Assembly: GCF_001194135.2 (NCBI RefSeq)
Contig: NC_069006.1
Location: forward strand, 292,679-329,532
DNA: 36,854 nt
DNA from: Octopus bimaculoides
Taxonomy: Eukaryota
Reading direction: 5' to 3'
In this document: positions 1 through 13,686 of the stretch, in pieces
Layout of the letters: each line of letters begins with the position of its first letter
Numbering within the stretch: position 1 is the stretch's first letter
Notes under the pieces: model-generated
What the model was told of the DNA's origin: nothing
The model's database searches: none
What the model saw: the letters and a program-made list of their open reading frames with translations, nothing else
Translations under genes and position numbers: made by a program

Positions 1-43
<43 letters not shown>

Positions 44-2591
44 ATGCATGTATGCATGTATATATATATATGTATGCATGTATACACACACACATACACA
101 CATAAACACAGGCTTTGAAGTGTGTGTTGCTATAAGTTTCATGTTCGGACAGTACACTAATCCCAGTGGCTTTTATAGCGTGCCGTATACTATCCTGCAA
201 TCGTTCAGACTCAAAAAATAAATATGATTTCTATCTGAGAATATGCTAGAAAGAACGAGAAATAAAAGAAAAATGAGAACAGAAATGTTTACAGAAAACG
301 GAAGATAAAACTTGTATCCCTTTGGTCCGTTAGAAGAGATATACTGATAAAGTTTACACATGAATTAACAAGGGTTGGTAGGGTTAATCCGATGGGAAAA
401 GGCTAAAATTCGTAAGACTGTCTAACCTGGAGACGGTGGTGTTTTCCAGTTCGATTGTAGAAACTTGTCGAGATACTTACATCTTGTGAAAGTTTCTGAT
501 CTCGGCTTCAGTGGGTTAGTGGCCTTTTATTGTGGAGTTTCAGACAAATTACTTACTGCGTGTCGGAATTGATTACTTCTTTATCGGATCGTTTCTTGTG
601 TGCGCATATGTACGTGTAAGTGTGTGTGTGTTCATGCGCATTTGTATTTATGTGCATACATACATAATACACATGTGTGTGTGTGTATGTGTGTGTGCGC
701 GTGTGTGTGCATTGCTATACGATATTACGTATGCTTTCCTGTAATATTGATCATTAATCGATTGGTGACATCCGTGAAAATGTGTGAGATTCAAAAAGAG
801 AAACAAAAAAAAAATTAGAAACAGAAATTAAATGGTAACTAATATGTTTTTTTTTAAATAAAATTCTCAAAAAGAATAGTATGCAAAAAAAAAAAGAAGT
901 TTAACACCACGGAAATCAATAACAGCAAAAACTTCAACAACAGCAACAACAATAACAAAAACACCAGCAGAAATAACACGAGTTGGGATGACAACAACAG
1001 CAGCAGAAACATAATTACAAGAAAAATTAGGATAGAAAAACGATAGATGTGCACCAACACATACATAACACAACGNNNNNNNNNNNNNNNNNNNNNNNNN
1101 NNNNNNNNNNNNNNNNNNNNNNNNNNNNNNNNNNNNNNNNNNNNNNNNAGCCACTCCTGCGCCTACACATATATATGTGTGTGTGTGTGTATATATATTA
1201 CATATACACACACACACACATATATATGTGTGTGTGTGTGTATATATATTACATATATACACAGCAAAAACAATAACGATTGCAATAATATTAACATTGA
1301 CGTCAACAGCAATAAGAACAAGAATATCAACATCTGTAACAACATCAACAACAAAAACAACGACAAAAACAACAATGATTAACAGTAACAGCAATAACAA
1401 CAAGAACACTGCCAACATCAATAAAAACCACAATATAAACAAAAGAACAATAAAAAACAATAACTGCAAACAGCAACAATAACAACAAGAATACTAACAA
1501 CAACAAATTTTCAAAATTGAAAAAGTGCAGATTTGAAAAAAATAAAAAGAAGGAAAAAGTCCTCAAAAATAAAGTCAAGAAAAAGAAAAACGGTAAAAAT
1601 TACAAGAAAACTATCGAAAAAGAACAACAATAATAATAATAAGAAGAAGAACAAGTCGTGAAAGTATGTTGAAAATAAAACAAGGTTTCTTCCCTGCGAG
1701 AAGAAGACGGTGCCGGAAATCGGAAAACTTGTTCACACTACTTCCGCTTGACCCATTTTCAGTTCCGCTTTATGAGAGAGAGAGNNNNNNNNNNNNNNNN
1801 NNNNNNNNNNNNNNNNNNNNNNNNNNNNNNNNNNNNNNNNNNNNNNNNNNNNNNNNNNNNNNNNNNNNNNNNNNNNNNNNNNNNNNNNNNNNNNNNNNNN
1901 NNNNNNNNNNNNNNNNNNNNNNNNNNNNNNNNNNNNNNNNNNNNNNNNNNNNNNNNNNNNNNNNNNNNNNNNNNNNNNNNNNNNNNNNNNNNNNNNNNNN
2001 NNNNNNNNNNNNNNNNNNNNNNNNNNNNNNNNNNNNNNNNNNNNNNNNNNNNNNNNNNNNNNNNNNNNNNNNNNNNNNNNNNNNNNNNNNNNNNNNNNNN
2101 NNNNNNNNNNNNNNNNNNNNNNNNNNNNNNNNNNNNNNNNNNNNNNNNNNNNNNNNNNNNNNNNNNNNNNNNNNNNNNNNNNNNNNNNNNNNNNNNNNNN
2201 NNNNNNNNNNNNNNNNNNNNNNNNNNNNNNNNNNNNNNNNNNNNNNNNNNNNNNNNNNNNNNNNNNNNNNNNNNNNNNNNNNNNNNNNNNNNNNNNNNNN
2301 NNNNNNNNNNNNNNNNNNNNNNNNNNNNNNNNNNNNNNNNNNNNNNNNNNNNNNNNNNNNNNNNNNNNNNNNNNNNNNNNNNNNNNNNNNNNNNNNNNNN
2401 NNNNNNNNNNNNNNNNNNNNNNNNNNNNNNNNNNNNNNNNNNNNNNNNNNNNNNNNNNNNNNNNNNNNNNNNNNNNNNNNNNNNNNNNNNNNNNNNNNNN
2501 NNNNNNNNNNNNNNNNNNNNNNNNNNNNNNNNNNNNNNNNNNNNNNNNNNNNNNNNNNNNNNNNNNNNNNNNNNNNNNNNNNNNNNNNNNN

Positions 2592-2639
<48 letters not shown>

Positions 2640-2643
2640 CATG

Positions 2644-2806
2644 TACGAAATGTTTGCTTTAGTTTCCGTCCACCAAATTCACTCACAAAGCTTTGATCGG
2701 CCCGAGGCTATCGTTGAAGACACTTGCCCAAGGTGCTATACCGTAGGACTGAACCCGAAACCATGCAGTTGGAACATAATTTTCTTATTCACACAGCCAC
2801 GCCCAC
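2644..2806 (-). mobile_element. SINE family B, 5' head plus CORE-like domain
   Basis: The reverse complement reads as a tRNA-like head (GGCGTGGCTGTGTG...TTCGGGTTCAGTCC), then GCACCTTGGGCAAGTGTCTT (CORE-like), then GTGAGTGAATTTGGTGGACGGAAACT. It is homologous to the copies at 9106, 12981 and 33722 and runs into a (CA)n tract and a gap. Confidence 0.85.
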
Positions 2807-3185
2807 GTCTGTATGACGGCTACAATTTGAAAGATGTCATGAAGACATTGCGAATGAAAGGAATCAACCGTTTTTCGAATATGGAGACTCTAAATCGGAA
2901 GAAATTCAGCTTTAAGCTCGTTATCGATCGAATCACTCGGAACATTCTCGAAGAATTCCATAACATCGCCATCGCTCCCCTCCACCCCGATCCACCTCAA
3001 TCCATTCCATTTCCAGCGATCACTCTTCAACGTAACTGTCGTTTTGACTTGCTATCCTTATCTGATCAGTGATCACGTGATTGAAAGTGAAAGTGAAAGT
3101 AAAACGTAAAAAATAAAAGAGAAGCGACAACGACATAATAACGGCATCTGATTGGATAACATAAAAAAAGGAGATAACAGAAGTA

Positions 3186-3445
3186 ACGACATCCCCCCTC
3201 TTACCACCATCACTACTACTACTTCCACCACCACCATCATCATCATCACTACTTCTGTCACTATCACCACCATCACAACAATCACCCCAGCCACTGCCAT
3301 CCCACCTGTTCCCAGCAACCTCACCCTTGCCACCGCCACCACCATCTTTACCACAACCACTGCCGCCGTCATCACCGCTACCGCCACCAACGCTTCCATT
3401 GCTACCACTACGACCGATACCACCACCACCACCATCACTATAGCC
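3186..3445. repeat. (ACC/CAT)-type trinucleotide low-complexity tract
   Basis: Seen directly. Similar (AAC), (GAT), (GGT) and (CAT) tracts occur at 910-1510, 7955-8090, 30248-30875, 34480-34950 and 35105-35300. Confidence 0.9.
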
Positions 3446-3806
3446 GTCACTCATAAGCAAGTATGACTCACTAGCTTCTACCTCGCATTCGCTAATTGTT
3501 TAGGGTGAAATGAATGCTTCCCGCATCCATCCAGGAGGTCAGAGAATCACAACGACTTCCATTTACACTAGACTTTCCTCACACCAGAACCTACGAAAGT
3601 GACGGTATTTCATTGACGCTAACGTGTGATGTCTCATCCAACACCGAGAAATATTCGCCGTCGGTGGTTCGAAGAAGATTCAGCAATCAATAATCAATGA
3701 AAAGCAAACCTGACCACGCAGCACATCAACAAGCGATGAAACCACTAAGAGGGACGCGCAAAATCGTGGCTGCTAGTGTCTACTCTATAACTTTCACGTA
3801 CCTGTA

Positions 3807-4037
3807 GAGGCACCTGGCTTAGTGGTAGGGTATAAGATTGTGGTTTCGATTCCTGGACCGGGCGATACGTTGTGTCCCTGAGCAAAACACTCCTTTTCAC
3901 GTTGCTCCAGTCCACTCAGCTGGCAAAAATGGGTAATTCTGCGACAGACCAGTGTTTCATCCAAAGGCTAGCAGGGAATATATACTCCACAGAATCCAGG
4001 AAACTGGTTTTATGAGCCTAGGGCTGAGGAAGGACCT
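3807..4037 (+). mobile_element. SINE family C, near full length
   Basis: A-box-like TGGCTTAGTGGT and B-box-like GGTTTCGATTCC, followed by GTTGTGTCCCTGAGCAAAACACT and CCAGTCCACTCAGCTGGCAAAAATG. Homologous to 4038-4256 and, inverted, to 20818-21063. Confidence 0.85.
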
Positions 4038-4256
4038 GTGGAAGCATGTGGTTTAGTGCTTAAATTGATGTACTCATGAATTGTAAGATTGTGGTTTCGA
4101 TTCCTGAACCGAGCGATGTGTTGTATCCCTGAGCAAAACACTTCATTTCACGTTGCTGGCAAAATGAGTAACGCTGCGACGGACTGGCGTCCCGTCCAAG
4201 AAGTGAGGAATATATACGTCAGAGAAACCAGGAAACCAGCCCTGTGCTCCTTACGG
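4038..4256 (+). mobile_element. SINE family C, second head-to-tail copy
   Basis: Same motifs as the 3807 copy, including GGACTGGCGTCCCGTCCA, but lacking the 15-nt CCAGTCCACTCAGCT. Confidence 0.85.
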
Positions 4257-4282
4257 AGTAATGTTGACTAACCAATGGTTTG

Positions 4283-4512
4283 ATAATCCCTTCTACTAAA
4301 GGCAGAAGGCCTGAAATTTAGGGGGAGGGTCGACCCCAGTATTTCACTGTATTAGATTGACACCCGTATTTCACTGGTACTTAATTTATCGACTGCGAAA
4401 GAATGAAAGCAAAGTCGACCTCGGCGGAATTTGAACTCAGAAAGTAAAGACGGACGAAATGCAGCTCAGCATTTTGTCCGGTGTGCTAACGATTCTGCCA
4501 GCTTGCAGCCTT
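4283..4512 (-). mobile_element. SINE family A (Nin/Deu-domain-like), near full length
   Basis: The reverse complement has the head GCTGGCAGAATCGTTAGCAC, B-box GAGTTCAAATTCC, and GTCGACTTTGCTTTCATTCTTTCGCAGTCGATAAATTAAGTACCAG. Six further copies occur in the window. The domain name is from recollection of Nin/Deu SINE consensus. Confidence 0.85.
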
Positions 4513-4588
4513 TCAATGGTTTAGCAATAATTTTAAAATGATAATGGCTTAGTGTGAGGGTGTTGGACTCGGTATAAACATGATGCAA

Positions 4589-4724
4589 CTCAGTCCTTTC
4601 TGCCGAAGAGCGCAGGCTCGAAACATGAAAGACTTTTCTATTCATCCTCAACGTTAAACTAATACACCTGCTTGTTGTTCCTTCACCCGTCTTCGTCTTT
4701 TGTTTTCTGTAAATTTGAACTATA
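4589..4724 (+). mobile_element. Dispersed ~135-bp repeat, putative Penelope-like pLTR fragment (copy 1)
   Basis: Near-identical to 14151-14286. It begins with a degenerate hammerhead-like core (CCGAAGA 4603-4609, GAAAC 4620-4624). The repeat is seen directly; the PLE assignment is inference. Confidence 0.55.
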
Positions 4725-5050
4725 CATGCATAGATAGATACACACATACACATACATACATACATATTGGTGAAAAGTTGACTACTTTTCTATTACTGGA
4801 ATTTTCTTGCCAGACAGCAATTATTAGGCGCTCAGAGATACTCATCAATTCTAGTGTATCAATAATATTAACGGCTTTATACGGTCCAACATACTATAAA
4901 CTTCCAGCTGGGTCTTAATATTTATATCCGATCAATCAATCTGGTGCTGTCTTTATTGTCATTTTAGTAAGTAAAATGTGCGTCCATGACGGCATTTAGA
5001 CATTATATCCATCTTAGAATTTAAATATCTGCCTTTCGGGTTAATATATG

Positions 5051-5106
<56 letters not shown>

Positions 5107-5379
5107 TGTATATAAATCTAAGGAAGAGATAAACTGAGAGAAAGGGAGAGTGAAAACGAGAGAAGAGAATAAAAGAAACACCCACTGAAAACGCTACTTT
5201 ATCCGACTCTGATGTTTGGATGATGCTCTACATGAAAACTGAATCAAATTTCCACGATGTGATGTGTTAGCATCTCTGCAATTCTCGAGGCAAAATGGTC
5301 GAAACAGAAGAGCTGTGGACGCCATGTTATTAGATATGTCATCTTCATCTCTTTTTCTGACCCTCTCATCTTTCTTACA

Positions 5380-7133
<1,754 letters not shown>

Positions 7134-7779
7134 NNNNNNNNNNNNNNNNNNNNNNNNNNNNNNNNNNNNNNNNNNNNNNNNNNNNNNNNNNNNNNNNNNN
7201 NNNNNNNNNNNNNNNNNNNNNNNNNNNNNNNNNNNNNNNNNNNNNNNNNNNNNNNNNNNNNNNNNNNNNNNNNNNNNNNNNNNNNNNNNNNNNNNNNNNN
7301 NNNNNNNNNNNNACGAGGTGTATATTATTACATTAAAGACTGTGTACAAACAAGAGAAACGTATGAGAAGCGTAGAAAAAGAAATCGAGAAGAGAGAGAC
7401 CAGCCTAAAATGTTTTTACTAAAACGATTCCTCCCTCAAGCTACAATCTCTTTTCAGACGTTTTAGTGCTTCGATTATCTTTTCCGCCATTTTCTGTCCA
7501 AATAATTTCCTCTCCATCTCTTTCTTATCTCCATCAAACTTCAAACCAACACCCCAACTTTTAATGGTCATCCCCTCCCCCTATCTCTCTCTCTGGCATT
7601 TACCCTCCCCTAGTTTTCATTTTCCCACTCTATCCCCCCCACCCCGTTTTATTCACCACAACATTAATAGCTCCGCTCACATTTTACTGTTAAGAACGAT
7701 GTTTCTTCTGGCGGGAAGTTATTCTTTCGTTAGAGAGATCCATTTTATAATAATAATAATAATAAAACTACTAATAATA

Positions 7780-7930
7780 ATGATAACGATTTCAAATTTT
7801 GGCACGAGGCCGGCAAGCTGAGGTGAGGAGGCAATTCGATGGCTCAACTGGTATTTATTTTATCAACCCTGAAGGACAAAAGGCAAAGTCGACCGCGACG
7901 GAATTTGAACTCAGAACGTAAAGACAGACA
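7780..7930 (-). mobile_element. SINE family A, partial and diverged
   Basis: AAGGCAAAGTCGACC...GGAATTTGAACTCAGAACGTAAAGACAGAC matches the other A copies; it has an internal deletion. Confidence 0.75.
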
Positions 7931-8437
7931 CTTCTGTTAGTTCGCCGTCTTGTATAATAGTAGTAGTAATAGTAGTAGTAATGGTAAAAGGAAGAAGAAA
8001 ACAACAACAACAACGACAACAGCGATAATAATTACAACAACAAAAGCAATGATGATGATGATGAAGATGATGGTAATGATGATGATGAGGATTTCTTTTA
8101 TTTGCTATGGAAGCAACAAAGGTGGGGAGGATATTACAGGAATAGTTTACAATTCGTGTAATAACGTAAAATCCCTGAATATGTTTGCATTAATAAGAGG
8201 CAACTACATCAAGTTACGAAGGAATTTGTACACAGTTCTGTGAATGAAAACGGAAGCGAGATTTATGAAACCCTATTCTACATCCGTCGGAAATGGGATC
8301 TTTCCAGTGGTCTCCCTTTCTCTCTTCTTTTTATATTTGGTGGTAAACCCTTTAATTAACATTAAAGGGGCCACAATCGGGTGCAAACTTTATGAGAAAA
8401 GCATAAAAGCATCTTTTGTGTAAAGAGGACCATGAAA

Positions 8438-8555
8438 CATGACTACCCTTATCCGACGGGTAGTCGTGATGGGTATCCTGGGCTTCGTATATTTTACCCC
8501 AGTGTCACTTTGATGGCATGAGCTGCTCTCTCACTTAATAATAATAATAGTAATA
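8438..8555 (+). repeat. Probable LINE 3'-UTR fragment ending in a (TAA)n tail
   Basis: Complex sequence ending ...GCTCTCTCACT then (AAT)n, with a 5' hairpin. It resembles a repeat I recall from octopus genomes, but it is single-copy in this window. Confidence 0.35.
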
Positions 8556-8563
8556 ACAATGTA

Positions 8564-8730
8564 AATCAATTACATAGACCCTAGTGTTCAACCGGTACTT
8601 ATTTTAATGGCCCCAAAAGGATGAAAGGCAAAGTCGACCTTGGCAGGATGTGAACTCAAGATCGCAAAAAGCCGGCAAAATGCTGCCAAGTATCTTGTCT
8701 GATGTGTTAGCAATGCTGTCAGCCTGTCAG
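8564..8730 (-). mobile_element. SINE family A, diverged
   Basis: CCCCAAAAGGATGAAAGGCAAAGTCGACCTTGGC matches the family A central domain. Confidence 0.75.
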
Positions 8731-8932
8731 TTTTCGAAGAGAAATGCCCGTCTTTTATAACTGGCAGCCAAACTAGAAACAACGAACTTGAAAGAAAACT
8801 ACGAGCAAATAAACATTACGTTAAAGTGCTGTATTTCTATTAAACATGAAAACTATATCCACCCAGTTTATAAAAGGTCAGACGGGCTGTGGAGGGACAA
8901 AAAAAAAAAAGGAAAAAACTAAAGATATAAAT

Positions 8933-9092
8933 GCAGGCATGGGTGTGGGGTTAAGAAGCATGCGTCGTAACTCGTGGTTTTGGGTTCGGTTTCATTGTGC
9001 AGCTCCTTGGGCATTTGTCATTTACTACAGTACCGGGCTAATACGTCGGGAGTGGATTTAGTAGACGAAACTGTGTGGAAGCCCTTCGTGTG
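8933..9092 (+). mobile_element. SINE family B, diverged 5' half
   Basis: GCAGGCATGGGTGTGGGGTTAAGAAGC head, CCTTGGGCATTTGTC CORE-like segment and AGTGGATTTAGTAGACGAAACTG. Confidence 0.7.
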
Positions 9093-9105
9093 CATATATA
9101 TATGT

Positions 9106-9304
9106 TTTATCTCTTGCTTCATTAGACTGGGGCCATGTTGGGGCACCACCTTGTTTTTTAAAGCCTGGAATTTATTCTATCGATCGCTTCTGCCGAGCTG
9201 CTAAATTACGGGGACATAAACACACCAATACCAGTTGTAAAGCAATGGTGTGGGACAAACACAGACACAAAGTCAGAAGCACACACACACACACNNNNNN
9301 NNNN

Positions 9305-9349
<45 letters not shown>

Positions 9350-9510
9350 CAAACTTCTTTCAGTTTCCGTCGACCAAATCCACTCACAAGGCTTAGGAGG
9401 GTCCGAGTCTGTAGTACTAGAAACTTGTCCAAGATGCCACATAGTGGGATTGAATCCCGAACCATGTGGTTTGGAGGCAAACTTCTTACCACATAGCCAC
9501 GTCTGCACCT
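9106..9510 (-). mobile_element. SINE family B, full length with internal (CA)n
   Basis: Reverse complement order: head, CORE-like segment, (TG)n, middle domain, then the RTE-like tail GGTGGTGCCCCAACATGGCCCCAGTC. Confidence 0.85.
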
Positions 9511-10414
9511 ACACACACACACACACACGCATAATATGTGTACGTGCTTACGTATTTCTGATTGTGATTGATCCTCCCACACACCTTTAGAACTAGCNNN
9601 NNNNNNNNNNNNNNNNNNNNNNNNNNNNNNNNNNNNNNNNNNNNNNNNNNNNNNNNNNNNNNNNNNNNNNNNNNNNNNNNNNNNNNNNNNNNNNNNNNNN
9701 NNNNNNNNNNNNNNNNNNNNNNNNNNNNNNNNNNNNNNNNNNNNNNNNNNNNNNNNNNNNNNNNNNNNNNNNNNNNNNNNNNNNNNNNNNNNNNNNNNNN
9801 NNNNNNNNNNNNNNNNNNNNNNNNNNNNNNNNNNNNNNNNNNNNNNNNNNNNNNNNNNNNNNNNNNNNNNNNNNNNNNNNNNNNNNNNNNNNNNNNNNNN
9901 NNNNNNNNNNNNNNNNNNNNNNNNNNNNNNNNNNNNNNNNNNNNNNNNNNNNNNNNNNNNNNNNNNNNNNNNNNNNNNNNNNNNNNNNNNNNNNNNNNNN
10001 NNNNNNNNNNNNNNNNNNNNNNNNNNNNNNNNNNNNNNNNNNNNNNNNNNNNNNNNNNNNNNNNNNNNNNNNNNNNNNNNNNNNNNNNNNNNNNNNNNNN
10101 NNNNNNNNNNNNNNNNNNNNNNNNNNNNNNNNNNNNNNNNNNNNNNNNNNNNNNNNNNNNNNNNNNNNNNNNNNNNNNNNNNNNNNNNNNNNNNNNNNNN
10201 NNNNNNNNNNNNNNNNNNNNNNNNNNNNNNNNNNNNNNNNNNNNNNNNNNNNNNNNNNNNNNNNNNNNNNNNNNNNNNNNNNNNNNNNNNNNNNNNNNNN
10301 NNNNNNNNNNNNNNNNNNNNNNNNNNNNNNNNNNNNNNNNNNNNNNNNNNNNNNNNNNNNNNNNNNNNNNNNNNNNNNNNNNNNNNNNNNNNNNNNNNNN
10401 NNNNNNNNNNNNNN

Positions 10415-10557
10415 AGTCAATTACATCGACCTCAGTGCGTAATTGGTACTTAATTTATCGACCCCGAAAGGATGAAAGGCAAAGTCGACCTCGGTGGAAT
10501 TTGAACTCAGAACGTAGCGGTAGACGAAATGTCGCTAAGCATTTCGCCCGGCTAACG
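10415..10557 (-). mobile_element. SINE family A, partial (3' end runs into a gap)
   Basis: Well-preserved GGTACTTAATTTATCGACCCCGAAAGGATGAAAGGCAAAGTCGACCTCGG. Confidence 0.85.
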
Positions 10558-10560
10558 TTT

Positions 10561-10797
10561 CTGTTTGTGTTCGTCCCCGCCCACTCGTTGTTTGACAAAT
10601 GGTGTTGGTTTGCTTACGTCTCAGCAACTTGGCGCTTCGGCAAAACAGACAAGTTGAATAAGGACCACACCTTAATCAATATGTAGGCATTGGTGGTGGT
10701 GGTGGTGGGGGGTTCGATATGTTCTACTAAAACCCCTTTAAAGCAGTTCCCTAGCATGGTCCCAGTCCGATGACTAAAACAAGCAAAGGGCAAAAGA
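10561..10797 (+). mobile_element. SINE family B, 3' half
   Basis: Middle domain TTGACAA...GCTTCGGCAAAA...GAATAAG and tail AAGCAGTTCCCTAGCATGGTCCCAGTC...TGACTAAAACAAG. Confidence 0.7.
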
Positions 10798-11076
10798 CAG
10801 TCCCCTCCAGAAGTGATCACCCAACGAAAATTCCTGTCGCATCAAAGAAATTTTTACCCCGCGAAAGAACGGCCGCTCTTGACACACCATTCGATCGCTG
10901 TCTCTCTGTAAATGGATAAGGTGCAGGTTCGAAACCAGCCTCCGTTATCTTGACTGCTACAGAGGGCAGCGGAACGCCTGACAATATCTTCCGTAATCAT
11001 TCTAATAATCGATTTGTTATATTTCAAATATAGATAAACAAATGGGGTAAACAACAACAACAACAACAACATTAAC

Positions 11077-11109
<33 letters not shown>

Positions 11110-11218
11110 GATGATGATAATAATAAAAACGTTAATAATTCCAACGACGACGACGACCATGCGAATAATCATATCAATCATACTACCTGGTGCTGTCTGC
11201 AGACGTTTAATTTAGCTA

Positions 11219-11269
<51 letters not shown>

Positions 11270-11897
11270 GACACACGCACAGACACGCACACACACACAT
11301 AACCAAACACACATATGAATATATGTGTGTGTGTGTGGTAAGATATCTTCAATACTTAAAGGTGTAGTACGATGAGTGTGTAGTCGTATTTCAATGACTG
11401 TAGACGTATACACACTTTCACTCTCTCACATACACTCATACACACACACACCTATATATATCTATATAAATTCAAATAATAAATCATATCGATATAGACG
11501 AAATATTTCTTTGCAAACTTTCTCCAATTTAATATATTCTCATGAACACACACACACACACACACACGCACACACAGAGACTTGTATGTGTGTAAGTCTA
11601 TCTATTTGTCTATCTGTTTATCTAACTCTCTATTTCTCTCTACCTACCTACCCACCTGTCTATCTATCTATCTATCTATCTCTCTATCTATCTATCTACC
11701 TGTCTATCTATCTATCTACCTGTCTATCTATCTATCTACCTGTCTATCTATCTATATATACGTATGCACACATACATTCATATATACATATAAACATAAG
11801 CACACATATATAAACAGAAATACAAACATTCATAAGTAAATAAATGCAGAAAAGAGAAAGAAACACCACCTCAGCATAAATATCTCTCTCTACAAAT

Positions 11898-11976
<79 letters not shown>

Positions 11977-12980
11977 NNNNNNNNNNNNNNNNNNNNNNNN
12001 NNNNNNNNNNNNNNNNNNNNNNNNNNNNNNNNNNNNNNNNNNNNNNNNNNNNNNNNNNNNNNNNNNNNNNNNNNNNNNNNNNNNNNNNNNNNNNNNNNNN
12101 NNNNNNNNNNNNNNNNNNNNNNNNNNNNNNNNNNNNNNNNNNNNNNNNNNNNNNNNNNNNNNNNNNNNNNNNNNNNNNNNNNNNNNNNNNNNNNNNNNNN
12201 NNNNNNNNNNNNNNNNNNNNNNNNNNNNNNNNNNNNNNNNNNNNNNNNNNNNNNNNNNNNNNNNNNNNNNNNNNNNNNNNNNNNNNNNNNNNNNNNNNNN
12301 NNNNNNNNNNNNNNNNNNNNNNNNNNNNNNNNNNNNNNNNNNNNNNNNNNNNNNNNNNNNNNNNNNNNNNNNNNNNNNNNNNNNNNNNNNNNNNNNNNNN
12401 NNNNNNNNNNNNNNNNNNNNNNNNNNNNNNNNNNNNNNNNNNNNNNNNNNNNNNNNNNNNNNNNNNNNNNNNNNNNNNNNNNNNNNNNNNNNNNNNNNNN
12501 NNNNNNNNNNNNNNNNNNNNNNNNNNNNNNNNNNNNNNNNNNNNNNNNNNNNNNNNNNNNNNNNNNNNNNNNNNNNNNNNNNNNNNNNNNNNNNNNNNNN
12601 NNNNNNNNNNNNNNNNNNNNNNNNNNNNNNNNNNNNNNNNNNNNNNNNNNNNNNNNNNNNNNNNNNNNNNNNNNNNNNNNNNNNNNNNNNNNNNNNNNNN
12701 NNNNNNNNNNNNNNNNNNNNNNNNNNNNNNNNNNNNNNNNNNNNNNNNNNNNNNNNNNNNNNNNNNNNNNNNNNNNNNNNNNNNNNNNNNNNNNNNNNNN
12801 NNNNNNNNNNNNNNNNNNNNNNNNNNNNNNNNNNNNNNNNNNNNNNNNNNNNNNNNNNNNNNNNNNNNNNNNNNNNNNNNNNNNNNNNNNNNNNNNNNNN
12901 NNNNNNNNNNNNNNNNNNNNNNNNNNNNNNNNNNNNNNNNNNNNNNNNNNNNNNNNATATATATATATATATATATATAT

Positions 12981-13228
12981 ACGACAGGCCTCTTTCAGTT
13001 TCAATCTACCAAATCCACTCACAAGGCTTTGGTCGGCCCGAGGCTATACGTTTGTGTACATAAGGTGCCACGCAATGGGACTGAACCCGGAACCATGTGG
13101 TTAGTAAGCAAGCTACTTACCACTCACCCACTTCTGCGCCTCTAAGACATTTGCCTAAGGTGGCACGCAGTGGGACTGAACCCGGAACCATGTGGTTGGG
13201 AAGCAACTTCTAAATCACACAGCCACAT
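12981..13228 (-). mobile_element. SINE family B, two tandem 5' heads
   Basis: The segment AAGGTG(C/G)CACGCA(A/G)TGGGACTGAACCCGGAACCATGTGGTT occurs twice, at about 13062-13102 and 13157-13197. Confidence 0.85.
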
Positions 13229-13249
13229 GTATGCATGTACATATAACTT

Positions 13250-13686
13250 TTATCTTTTACTTGATTCAGTCATTGGACTACAGCCATGAGGCTGGGGGTC
13301 TTGCCACAAACGGTTAGTCGACCAAATCATCCCCAGTACTTATTCTGTCAGTCTTTTGACGAACTCCTAAGTCATGAGGATGCCAAAAACAAAAACAACA
13401 ACAACACCGTAGTCAAAGGATGGTGGGATATAAACAAAGGCAAGGGCACACACATGTATATACAAATATATATGTAAATAAATATGATATACATATATAA
13501 ATATATCCTCAGAAATATATATAAATATATCCTCAGAGTTTCTGTCTAGCAGATTTGCTAGCAAGAGATTGGTCGGCCTGTCCCAGTAGTAGAAGACATT
13601 TGTTCACGTTGCTCTGCAGTGGGATTGAACACGAAATCACGGGTATGAAAAACAAGCTTCTTAACCACTCAGCTATAACTGTACCT
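13250..13686 (-). mobile_element. SINE family B, diverged full length with internal (TA)-rich tract
   Basis: Tail at 13250-13290, middle domain to about 13435, microsatellite, then head/CORE at 13535-13686. Confidence 0.7.

Noticed and set aside
1666-3072. 468-aa ORF and other long ORFs (9568, 11871, 16054, 28206)
   Set aside because: Their length comes from N runs. The 88 residues after the SINE (YNLKDVMK...) match no family I recognise.
3020-3466. Thr-rich mucin-like and Gly/Asp-rich ORFs (also 30194-31001 and 1177-1482)
   Set aside because: Trinucleotide low-complexity tracts open in several frames on both strands, with no splice or domain support.
3514-3693. 59-aa ORF containing Ig-like SLTLTCDVSSN
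   Set aside because: It lacks the downstream Trp and second Cys of an Ig fold and has no matching exon boundaries; likely chance.
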